From assembly GCA_044226145.1 (NCBI GenBank), contig JBGAHN010000003.1:22536-86535 (forward strand): 64,000 nucleotides of DNA, written 5' to 3'. The notes below the pieces were generated by a model. That model made no database searches and was not told where the DNA came from. It saw only the letters and a program-made list of their open reading frames with translations. The stretch is from Labilithrix sp. Its GTDB lineage: Bacteria > Myxococcota_A > Polyangia > Polyangiales > Polyangiaceae. Of the stretch, positions 27,428-35,664 are shown piece after piece. Within the stretch, counting starts at the first letter, position 1, and each line of letters starts with the position of its first letter. Made by a program: the position numbers and the translations under genes.

Positions 27428-28197
27428 CGGACGGGAATTTCTTTGACGGGAGTGGGACCGACGGGTGCGCGCCGGCGCGAGCTCTGGAAGGCCGGTCGAC
27501 GCGCGGCGTCGCCGAGATCCGCGAGGGTGACGTCGACCGGCGAATCGGTGATGCGCTGGTCTTGAGCATTGCGAACGACGACGGTGATCTCTCCTTTTTC
27601 CATCGCGAGCGCGAGGAGTTGGCTCTCCGAAAGCGAAACGCTGACGGTGATGACGCGTTCACGACGCTCTTTGGAGCCTTGCTCGAACGACGTGCTCACG
27701 CCGTTGGCGAGGACCAGCACGCGTTGGAGGAGGACCGATGCTTCTCTCGAGTCTCCACACACGCACACGATGTCCACGAAGTCCCCGGGGCGAACGAGCG
27801 GCAGCGAATCCGAAATTCGAACACGGATAGGGGCCGCGCGATTGCCGGGTTGGACGAGAGTGCTGAGCGGGCGAACATCGTCTTTCGGCAAGAGAACGTC
27901 CGCCCAGGCGATGCTCTGCTGAACCGGTATCGTGTTCGTCGCCTGGAGGTTCAGGATCTTGTCCTTGTCGGCGGCGCGGAGCACCCGATCGTCGACGTAC
28001 GCCGCCGGGATGTCGCGCGTTCCGAGCATGGCTTCGGTGATCAGCTTGCCGCGCGGAATGGTGTCGTTCGCGACGAGGACCTGAACGACGCGACCACCCG
28101 AAAGTTCCTGTTCGGCGCGTCGCAGATAGAGGAGGGTCAGGCCAACGCCGACGACGGCGGCGACGAGACCGATGAGACCGGCAGTACGAGCGTTCAC
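27424..28197 (-). CDS. cpaB: Flp pilus assembly protein CpaB/RcpC
   Basis: N-terminal TM, SAF domain (VLVANDTIPRGKLIT), LVRPGDFVDI, LLQRVLVLA; GTGA overlap with cpaA. Confidence 0.92.
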   Translation of the reverse strand: MNARTAGLIGLVAAVVGVGLTLLYLRRAEQELSGGRVVQVLVANDTIPRGKLITEAMLGTRDIPAAYVDDRVLRAADKDKILNLQATNTIPVQQSIAWADVLLPKDDVRPLSTLVQPGNRAAPIRVRISDSLPLVRPGDFVDIVCVCGDSREASVLLQRVLVLANGVSTSFEQGSKERRERVITVSVSLSESQLLALAMEKGEITVVVRNAQDQRITDSPVDVTLADLGDAARRPAFQSSRRRAPVGPTPVKEIPVR

Positions 28198-28742
28198 GGC
28201 GTTGGACTCCCAGACAGTGCGTTCACGACGAACGTGGACGCGGTTCCGAGGAAGATGGCGGGGCCGAGCCGAAACCACGTCGACATCTCTTGAGGGACGG
28301 CCTTTCGCTTTTCACGGCGACGAAACGGGTTCGTCACGAGCGTCAGCGTGTTCAGCAGCGTCCGCGTGAGCGTCCCTTCGTAAGCGAGCTTCATCGGCAC
28401 GAGGAGCGCCGCGGCCACGAAGGCATAGGTTTCGGCCTGGAGGCCTCCGAGCGGATGAAGCAGAGCGCCGAGGACGGCGAAGAGTTTCACGTCTCCGCCG
28501 CCCATCGCTCCTTTGAGGAACATGAAGAGCGGGACGAGGGCGCAGAGGAGCGCGCCCCCGATGGCGAATCCCGCTTGTTCGAGCCCTCCTCGCAGGCCAC
28601 CGAGGTTCGCCCCGTGCGCGAAGTGAGCGGCGATGGCGGCCACGAATCCGAAGAGCGTGAGCTTGTTCGGAATGTGGCCGGTCCGGTGGTCGGTCCACGC
28701 CGCGCATGCGGCGAGCAGCGTGGCTGCGAGGAGGAAGTACAT
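28194..28742 (-). CDS. cpaA: Prepilin peptidase CpaA/TadV (A24)
   Basis: AAWTDHRTGHIPN, MGGGDVKL, FRLGPAIF. Confidence 0.93.
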   Translation of the reverse strand: MYFLLAATLLAACAAWTDHRTGHIPNKLTLFGFVAAIAAHFAHGANLGGLRGGLEQAGFAIGGALLCALVPLFMFLKGAMGGGDVKLFAVLGALLHPLGGLQAETYAFVAAALLVPMKLAYEGTLTRTLLNTLTLVTNPFRRREKRKAVPQEMSTWFRLGPAIFLGTASTFVVNALSGSPTP

Positions 28743-28770
28743 CGAACGACGACTTACCTTGTTGGATCAC

Positions 28771-28968
28771 TCACTTCGAGTAGCCTTCTGAGTTGATCGA
28801 ACCAACCGCCGTTCCCTGCGCCTTGATCTTGTCGCCAACATTTCCGCCAAACGTGCTGTAGGCACCGATGCAAAGGAGCGCCACGAGCCCAACCAGCATG
28901 ATGTACTCGACGAGGTTGGCGCCGCGGGTGTCACGAGCAAGACGACGGGTCACGAGACGAAGGTTCAT
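28771..28968 (-). CDS. flp: Flp family type IVc major pilin
   Basis: Strong SD; RDTRG|ANLVEYIMLVGLVAL (G cleavage site, E+5, Y+6); 65 aa. Confidence 0.92.
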   Translation of the reverse strand: MNLRLVTRRLARDTRGANLVEYIMLVGLVALLCIGAYSTFGGNVGDKIKAQGTAVGSINSEGYSK

Positions 28969-28992
28969 GATAATTTCTCCTGTTCTTCCTTT

Positions 28993-29012
28993 TTGAATGA
29001 TTCTTGAATGAT
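28993..29012. promoter_or_regulatory. Direct repeat TTGAATGAT x2 with 11-bp period upstream of flp
   Basis: Copies at 28993-29001 and 29004-29012 in an AT-rich patch. Confidence 0.45.
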
Positions 29013-29042
29013 GATTTCGAGCAACGAAGCTCGACCCGATAC

Positions 29043-29237
29043 CTAAGGCAGCGGGCCGAGCAGAAACGTTCGGTTGACGTCGAGCGCGCTCCCGAAGGCG
29101 GCCCCCAACGCGATGAGCGCGCCGATGCAGACCAGCGCGACCGAACCGACGAGCACCGTGTACTCCGTCAGCGCGGCGCCGCGCGTGTCGCGCAAGCAAC
29201 GTGTCCAGCGGAGGAGCGAAGAGCCCGACGAGTGCAT
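29043..29237 (-). CDS. Second Flp-like pilin
   Basis: SD GGAGGG; RDTRG|AALTEYTVLVGSVAL with E+5/Y+6; 64 aa. Confidence 0.82.
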   Translation of the reverse strand: MHSSGSSLLRWTRCLRDTRGAALTEYTVLVGSVALVCIGALIALGAAFGSALDVNRTFLLGPLP

Positions 29238-29269
29238 CGTGCCCTCCCTCTCGACCGGTCCCCGACGAG

Positions 29270-29305
29270 GTTGCGTGGTTCGGTAAAAAAGTTCGAACAC
29301 GCAAC
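29270..29305. promoter_or_regulatory. Inverted repeat between the divergent Tad operons
   Basis: gttgcgtggttcg-(gtaaaaaagtt)-cgaacacgcaac: 12 pairs with one bulge. Confidence 0.5.
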
Positions 29306-29333
29306 TTTCCCCGCATTTCGCCGATGAAGGGGG

Positions 29334-29993
29334 GTGATGAACAACGTCCATCCCTCCCCGAACTCCTCTCAGGGTCGGTCCCGCGGCCGGTCGAAAGAGG
29401 CGTCGAAGGGCAGCTCGAAAGGCCTCCTCCGAGAGACCCGGGGCGCCGTCTACGTCGAGTTCCTCATCGCGTTCCTGCCGGTCTTCGTCTTCTTCCTATG
29501 CATGATCCAGCTCTCGCTCCTCTTCTCGGCGAAGCTGATGGTCGAGCACGCCGCGGTCATCGGCGCCCGCGCGGCGGCGGTCGTCTTCGGCGACGCCCCC
29601 TCCGTCTACGGCGAGTCCGCCGCCGAGACGAACGTCATGACGAAGAAGCGACGGCAGACTGTGTATGACGCCGTCGTACTCTCGCTCGCGCCGCTCATCC
29701 TCGACGGCTCGCTCGTGTCGCTGAACGTCCTATTTCCCGAGGCCACGAAGCCCGACGGCAAAGACCAACCGGAAGGAACACGCATCGACGCCATGAACCT
29801 CGGCGGGACCCACATGACCCGTGTCCGCGTCGAAGCGAAGGTCGTCTGCAAAATCGCGCTAGCCGACGCCATCGCCTGTTCGGGATTCGGCAATTACCTT
29901 CGCGACGCCGCGGGGTTCGCGCGCCTCGCAAACGTCCGCGCCGAGAGCATATTTCCATATCAGGGAGCGAGTTATGTTTACGAAGAACGATGA
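29334..29993 (+). CDS. tadE: TadE-like pseudopilin
   Basis: RETRG|AVYVEFLIAFLPVFVFFL, VEHAAVIGARAAAV. Confidence 0.9.
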   Translation: MMNNVHPSPNSSQGRSRGRSKEASKGSSKGLLRETRGAVYVEFLIAFLPVFVFFLCMIQLSLLFSAKLMVEHAAVIGARAAAVVFGDAPSVYGESAAETNVMTKKRRQTVYDAVVLSLAPLILDGSLVSLNVLFPEATKPDGKDQPEGTRIDAMNLGGTHMTRVRVEAKVVCKIALADAIACSGFGNYLRDAAGFARLANVRAESIFPYQGASYVYEER

Positions 29994-31647
29994 CTCGCAC
30001 GTGCGTCTGCCGCACGACGAGCGCGGCGCGATCATGGTCATGGGCATTTTCATGTGCACATGCCTGGTCGGAGCGCTCTGGTATTTGGCCTCCATCGGCG
30101 ACTCGATCCTCTATCGCGAACGCCTGCAGGAAGCTTCGGACGCGGTCGTCTTCAGCAATGTCGTCCTGCACGCACGCGGGATGAACCTCATCGTCCTCAT
30201 CAATCTCATCATGGCGTGCGTGCTCGGGGTGCGTGTCGCGCTCAAGGTCGCGCAACTCGTCTGCGCCATCGCCGGCGCGGTATTCTTCGTCATCGGTATC
30301 TTCGCCCCGCCGTTCATGTCGGCGGCGGAGCCGTGCTTGGATGCGGCGATCGAACTCCAAACGGTCATCGACGACACTCGCCCGACGATCAACGATACGC
30401 TGAAGGCCCTCAGCGGCACGCAGACACTGATCGCGAAAGCGACCCCGGGCGCTGCCCTCATCGGCGCTACCATTTCCGTGGGAGGTAAATACAAGCCGCT
30501 CGTTCCGGGCGCGCTCGTCCTCGACGAAGAGGTCGTTGAAGGTCTGCCCGTGGCGCGCGGGGGCGAGACCAAGCTCTGCAAAGAGGCCGGTCGTTCGCTG
30601 GGCGGAATTACCGGTTGGCTGCTCAAGGAAATCGGACTCGACGCGTTCGGAGCAGCGAGCGAGTGGCTCGGCGACAAAATGGGCACCATCGCCAATCTAG
30701 CGCCGGGCTACTTCTGCGAAATGGGGTCGGTCGGCGGCTCGCCGGAAGCGGCCATCGACGCCATGCTCGGCGACTCCGCGCAGAAACGCTGCGAGAACGG
30801 TGGGCCCGCCGTCGCCTACGAGCAAGCCGAGTCCGAATGGCAATCGGCGTGCACCGACGCCGGCGTCACGTGCGAGGGCGACAGCGGCAACGACCGACCG
30901 GTGGAGAGCCGTCAAATCTCGGAAGTTGGACGACAAACCGGCAGCACGACCCCCGAGAAGCAGCGCGAGCTCGATGAGCTACGTACGAGACGCGACGCGG
31001 CGGCGAAGTCGGTCAACGGATATCTGGATGCTTTCCGCTCTCGACCGTTCGTCGATGAATCGATGTGCGAAACGTGGGCAAAAACCGTCGCCAAGGCCGA
31101 ATTCGAAGAAACCCGAGCCAAAAACAAGTCCTCCGGCGAAACCGATACGACCGATATGACCGGAAAGCAGGTCAAGGAAGGTTGGTACAACGGCGGTCCG
31201 GAAGCTCAGTTCGTCGGCGGCGCCATCGGCAAAGCCTCGTTCCTCGAGCGATCGGTGAAATTCGTTCGAATCGCGGCGGTCGACGATGCGCGGATGAGCG
31301 ATACGAAAGCCCCGATCGAGGCCCAAATCCCTGCGTGGACCCAGGCCGAGCTGTTCTTCGACTGCGAGGAGAGCTGGTCGAAGTGCAACGATGAAGAAGA
31401 CGCCATGTGGCACTTGAAGTGGCGGGCGCGCCTGCGCCGCTACGATGGCTCGAAGCCGTTGGACGAGATCGCATCGCTCTTTGCGCTCGGGGTGACCGTG
31501 AAGGACGCCGCCACAGGAATGAAGGCCGTCGCGGCGGACCCCGGGACTTCGGCCCCACTCAATGCGCTCGTAGGAAACACGCGGCTACGCGGCGAACTGG
31601 CCGGAGTCATCGGAGACACTCACGTGATGACCCATGGAATTCATTGA
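29974..31647 (+). CDS. TadG-like large minor pilin/tip protein, Cys-rich
   Basis: DERG|AIMVMGIFM, RERLQEASDAVVFS..ARGMNLI (Tad N-terminal motif). Confidence 0.82.
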   Translation: MFTKNDDSHVRLPHDERGAIMVMGIFMCTCLVGALWYLASIGDSILYRERLQEASDAVVFSNVVLHARGMNLIVLINLIMACVLGVRVALKVAQLVCAIAGAVFFVIGIFAPPFMSAAEPCLDAAIELQTVIDDTRPTINDTLKALSGTQTLIAKATPGAALIGATISVGGKYKPLVPGALVLDEEVVEGLPVARGGETKLCKEAGRSLGGITGWLLKEIGLDAFGAASEWLGDKMGTIANLAPGYFCEMGSVGGSPEAAIDAMLGDSAQKRCENGGPAVAYEQAESEWQSACTDAGVTCEGDSGNDRPVESRQISEVGRQTGSTTPEKQRELDELRTRRDAAAKSVNGYLDAFRSRPFVDESMCETWAKTVAKAEFEETRAKNKSSGETDTTDMTGKQVKEGWYNGGPEAQFVGGAIGKASFLERSVKFVRIAAVDDARMSDTKAPIEAQIPAWTQAELFFDCEESWSKCNDEEDAMWHLKWRARLRRYDGSKPLDEIASLFALGVTVKDAATGMKAVAADPGTSAPLNALVGNTRLRGELAGVIGDTHVMTHGIH

Positions 31648-32206
31648 GGGTGACATGTCCATTCGAAACCAATCACCGAAACGTTCGAGAAGGCATCGCC
31701 CTCGCGGCGCGGTGTTCGTCGAAGCACTCGTCGTCATCTCCGTATTCATCCTCTTCCTCCTGGGAATCCTCTTCTTTCGAGAACTGTACCTAAAAAAGCT
31801 GAGCACGATGCGACTCGCCAGGGCCGGCGCGATGGCGCACGCGATGGCGGCATGCAAGCCGGACATCGGCGCCATCTTGCGCGACGACATCCCCGCGTCG
31901 TCGAAGGCATCGCGACGCTCGACCACCGAGCCCCTCCTCACGGAACGGGCGAAAGCACCCGAGTCGAAAGCCGACAACATTTTCGACAAGATGGACGACG
32001 GGAGCGGAGGAACGCCGCTCAACGAAGTCAATGACGTCGGGCTCTCGAGCTCCGCTAGCGCCACCTCGAAGCCAAGTCCATTCGAGGCGGAGATCGGATT
32101 TCGGGGAGACGTCACCTCCAACTCGTACGTGAGCTGCGGGGACGAGCTTCAAACAGAACAATATGGCGCCATCGCGCCGTTCATCGCGTCTCAAATCTAC
32201 AAATGA
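31634..32206 (+). CDS. Second TadE/TadF-like pseudopilin
   Basis: RPRG|AVFVEALVVISVFILFLL, RLARAGA; start 31634 or 31655. Confidence 0.8.
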   Translation: MEFIEGDMSIRNQSPKRSRRHRPRGAVFVEALVVISVFILFLLGILFFRELYLKKLSTMRLARAGAMAHAMAACKPDIGAILRDDIPASSKASRRSTTEPLLTERAKAPESKADNIFDKMDDGSGGTPLNEVNDVGLSSSASATSKPSPFEAEIGFRGDVTSNSYVSCGDELQTEQYGAIAPFIASQIYK

Positions 32207-33183
32207 TTCTCCCCATGAAGCGAGCCTCCCGACCTTCACGACACGTCCTCCGCTGGATCATCCCATCGATGCGCACGCTGCGCGTGACGGCGTATGCCAC
32301 GTTCGCCTTCGGGCTCCTCGCGTTGCTCGCCGCGCGGTCCGTTTACGCCGACGCACGCGAGATCGCGCTCGGCGTCGGGCATCAGCTCGGGACGCTTGAG
32401 GACCTCACGGGGGGCGCGTACCTCCTGCACGTCAACGGGGCCGAGATTCACCGCTCCAGCGCGCGCACGGACCTCTCGATGAAGGAGGTGCTCGATCGCT
32501 ACCAAGCTTATTGTGCGGCGAGCCCGTCGGCGCTCGGACTCGCGATGCGTGACATCCCTCGCGCGCTCGAAGAACGCGTGGAGCTGCCGAAGGACGATCC
32601 GCTCCGCACGGGTATCGTCCGCGAGGAGGACGATACCCGCGGGATGGTCGCTTGCTTCGTCGACGACGGCGCGGCGAACCGCGGCCTCGAAGGCGTTCGT
32701 GAACGCGTCGGAGAATTTCGGCGCACCGGCGACCTCACCGCGTTCGGCAAATTCCGATACGCGTTCGTGGAAAAGCGCGCGAGCGGTGGGAGCCACGTCG
32801 TCACACTCTGGTCGGACGGCGGCCTCATCGTCGGCCACATGTTCCCCGCGAGCGGTGACGCGCCCGGGACGGACTCGACGCTCGCGCCTCGCCCCGCCGG
32901 GAGCCGACGCACGTTCGCGGCGTGGGCCGAAGGTTACCCCGCCGGCGTTCGCATCTACGAGGCGCACGCTCCCCGCGCCGACGTCGAACGCCACTACGAC
33001 GACGTCTTCGCGAAGGCGGAGTTCCAGAAGGTCGCCCGTGAAGGTGGCGCCGCTTACGTCGGCCCCGACGGAACGGAGGTGTTCGTGGCCTTGCGCACGG
33101 CGGGAGACCGGACGCTCGCCACCGTCGTCGAAGCCGGCCGTGAATCCGTGCGCGACGTGCATGCCGAATGGAGGGAACCGTGA
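32203..33183 (+). CDS. Hypothetical membrane-anchored/exported protein in the Tad operon
   Basis: ATGA overlap; N-terminal hydrophobic segment; 326 aa. Confidence 0.75.
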   Translation: MILPMKRASRPSRHVLRWIIPSMRTLRVTAYATFAFGLLALLAARSVYADAREIALGVGHQLGTLEDLTGGAYLLHVNGAEIHRSSARTDLSMKEVLDRYQAYCAASPSALGLAMRDIPRALEERVELPKDDPLRTGIVREEDDTRGMVACFVDDGAANRGLEGVRERVGEFRRTGDLTAFGKFRYAFVEKRASGGSHVVTLWSDGGLIVGHMFPASGDAPGTDSTLAPRPAGSRRTFAAWAEGYPAGVRIYEAHAPRADVERHYDDVFAKAEFQKVAREGGAAYVGPDGTEVFVALRTAGDRTLATVVEAGRESVRDVHAEWREP

Positions 33184-33863
33184 AACGATCGTTCATCGCT
33201 ATGGCCTGCTCCGCCCTCTCGTTCGGCGGCGTGGGATGCCGTGAATCCACCCAAGACCTGAGCGCAACCATCGACTTCGGCATCGACGTCGACGTGACGA
33301 GCGATCCGGGAAAGGGAACGCCGAGCGCGGAGATCGTCGCGCGTGGTCGATCGATCGCGACGACGGACGGCGCGGGGCACGTGAGCCTCCAGCTCGGAGG
33401 CGCGGAGGGCGACGTCGTCGAGCTGTCCGTCAAATGCCCGGCGGGGTTCGAGTCACCGAGCCAGCCCATGTCCGTGGCGATTCATCGCTTGTCGACCGCG
33501 TCGCGCCGACCGCACTTCGATGCGCGGTGTGCGCCGCAACGGCGAACCGTCGTCGTGGGTGTCCGCGCCGACCGAGGGCCGAACCTCCCCGTGATGCACC
33601 TCGGGCGGGAGGTCGCGCGAACCGACGAATCGGGCGCCGCCCTCGTGGCGCTCACCGTGAAGCCGGGAGAGCACGTTTCCCTGATGCTCGACACGAAGAC
33701 GGACGCGACCAAGGGCCCGAAGCTCTTGCCCGAAAGCCCGATTCTCACGTTCGTCGCGCAAGATCGCGACGACTTCGTCACGCTCGATCAGCGGTTCGAC
33801 GTCGAGAAAATCGCTCCGAAGAGCGCACCCAGGCCCAAGCGGGCGGGCCCGACGCGCATTTGA
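33180..33863 (+). CDS. Hypothetical lipoprotein (Ig-like beta-rich) in the Tad operon
   Basis: GTGA overlap; signal ending GVGC; two repeats of G.(S/E)(I/V)A(T/R)TD..G. Confidence 0.75.
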   Translation: MKRSFIAMACSALSFGGVGCRESTQDLSATIDFGIDVDVTSDPGKGTPSAEIVARGRSIATTDGAGHVSLQLGGAEGDVVELSVKCPAGFESPSQPMSVAIHRLSTASRRPHFDARCAPQRRTVVVGVRADRGPNLPVMHLGREVARTDESGAALVALTVKPGEHVSLMLDTKTDATKGPKLLPESPILTFVAQDRDDFVTLDQRFDVEKIAPKSAPRPKRAGPTRI

Positions 33864-33886
33864 TTCGCCGCTCGATTCGCCGACGA

Positions 33887-34648
33887 TCAGCTCTTCATTC
33901 GATATCCGGCTTTGACCATCCAACGAACGGTCATGAGGCATAGGAGCATGAACACGAACGTCATCCCGACGCTGACTTCGACGCGCACGTCCGAGACGCC
34001 GTAGAAGCTCCAACGAAAGCCGCTGACCAAATAGACGACAGGGTTGAAGAGCGTCATTTTCTGCCACAACGGCGGCAGCATGTGGATCGAGTAGAAGCTC
34101 CCCCCGAGGAACGTCAGCGGCGTCACGATCAGCATCGGCACGAGCTGGAGCTTCTCGAAGCCGTCCGCCCAAAGTCCGATGATGAATCCGAACAAGCTGA
34201 ACGTCACCGACGTGAGCACGAGGAAGACGGCCATCCAAATCGGGTGTTGGACCTCATAGGCGACGAACAAGCGCGCCGTCGCCAAGATGATGCTCCCGAT
34301 GAGGATGGATTTCGTCGCGGCGGCGCCGACGTAGCCGAAGAGGATTTCGACGTACGAAATCGGGGCGGACAAAACTTCGTAAATGGTCCCGGAGAAGCGC
34401 GGCAGATAGATCCCGAACGACGCGTTCGAGATGCTCTCCGTGAGCAGCGAGAGCATGGTGAGGCCGGGAATGATGAACGCGGCGTAGCGAATGCCGTCGA
34501 TCTCCGTCATTCGCGAGCCGATCGCCGAGCCGAAGACGATGAAGTAGAGCGACGTCGACAAGACGGGCGACGCGATGCTCTGGAGGAGCGTCCGCCACGT
34601 GCGGGACATCTCGAACACGTAAATCGCATAAATCGCGTGGCGGTTCAT
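33887..34648 (-). CDS. ABC-2 type transporter permease (YadH-like)
   Basis: [46 protein letters not shown]. Confidence 0.92.
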   Translation of the reverse strand: MNRHAIYAIYVFEMSRTWRTLLQSIASPVLSTSLYFIVFGSAIGSRMTEIDGIRYAAFIIPGLTMLSLLTESISNASFGIYLPRFSGTIYEVLSAPISYVEILFGYVGAAATKSILIGSIILATARLFVAYEVQHPIWMAVFLVLTSVTFSLFGFIIGLWADGFEKLQLVPMLIVTPLTFLGGSFYSIHMLPPLWQKMTLFNPVVYLVSGFRWSFYGVSDVRVEVSVGMTFVFMLLCLMTVRWMVKAGYRMKS

Positions 34649-35571
34649 GTGCGCGACCTCAGCAAGTCGACGAAGATGTCTTCGAGCGAGCTCTCTTTCG
34701 TTTGGAGATCTTTGAAGTCGATGCCGCGGGCCTCGAGCTTTCGCAGGAGATCGGCGATGCCGGAGCGATCGCCCTTGGCGTCGAACGTGTAGACGAGCTT
34801 CGTGCCGTCGTCCGACAACGTCAGCGGCTCCGTGGAGAGCTCGGCGGGCAACGCGTCGAGGGGGCGTTGCAGGAGGAGCGTGAGCTGCTTTTTCCCGAGC
34901 TTCTGCATGAGCGTCGTCTTCTCCTCGACGAGGACGATCTCGCCGCGGTGAATGACGCCGATGCGATCGGCCATCTGCTCGGCCTCTTCGATGTAGTGCG
35001 TCGTCAAGATGACCGTCACGCCGGTCTCACGGAGCACGCGGACCATGTTCCACATGTCCTTGCGCAGCTCGACGTCGACGCCGGCCGTGGGTTCGTCGAG
35101 GAAGAGGATCGAAGGCTCGTGCGAGAGGGCCTTGGCGATGAGGACGCGCCGCTTCATCCCGCCCGAGAGCGAGAGGATCTTGTCCTTCCTCTTGTCCCAA
35201 AGGGAGAGATCGCGCAGCACCTTCTCGACGTATCCGGGGTTCGGTGGTTTTCCGAAGAGGCCGCGGCTGAACGACACCGTCGCCCAGACCGTCTCGAACA
35301 TGTCCGTCGAGAGCTCTTGTGGGACGAGGCCGATCTTCGAGCGGGCGGCGCGGAAGTCCGAGACGATGTCGTGGCCGTCGGCGACCACCGTTCCCGACGT
35401 GGGATTGACGATGCCGCAGATGACGCCGATGAGCGTCGTCTTGCCCGCGCCATTGGGCCCCAAGAGCGCGAAGATCTCACCGCGCCGAATCTCGAGGTCG
35501 ACGTGCTTGAGCGCTTCGAAACCCGATGCGTATTTCTTCGAGAGGTTCTTGACCGTGATGATCGACGACAC
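34645..35571 (-). CDS. ABC transporter ATP-binding protein (YadG-like)
   Basis: [32 protein letters not shown]. Confidence 0.95.
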   Translation of the reverse strand: MSSIITVKNLSKKYASGFEALKHVDLEIRRGEIFALLGPNGAGKTTLIGVICGIVNPTSGTVVADGHDIVSDFRAARSKIGLVPQELSTDMFETVWATVSFSRGLFGKPPNPGYVEKVLRDLSLWDKRKDKILSLSGGMKRRVLIAKALSHEPSILFLDEPTAGVDVELRKDMWNMVRVLRETGVTVILTTHYIEEAEQMADRIGVIHRGEIVLVEEKTTLMQKLGKKQLTLLLQRPLDALPAELSTEPLTLSDDGTKLVYTFDAKGDRSGIADLLRKLEARGIDFKDLQTKESSLEDIFVDLLRSRT

Positions 35572-35664
35572 GCGGCCTCCGGGCCGCGAAGCTTAGGGGA
35601 GACGCCGCGCGCGCGAAACGACGATTCGTTCGGGAGGCGACGCTTCGTCGAACGGTCGATCCGG

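Noticed and set aside
18334-33863. Tad locus as a mobile genomic island
   Set aside because: Somewhat lower GC in parts, but no integrase, transposase, tRNA target or flanking direct repeats were seen
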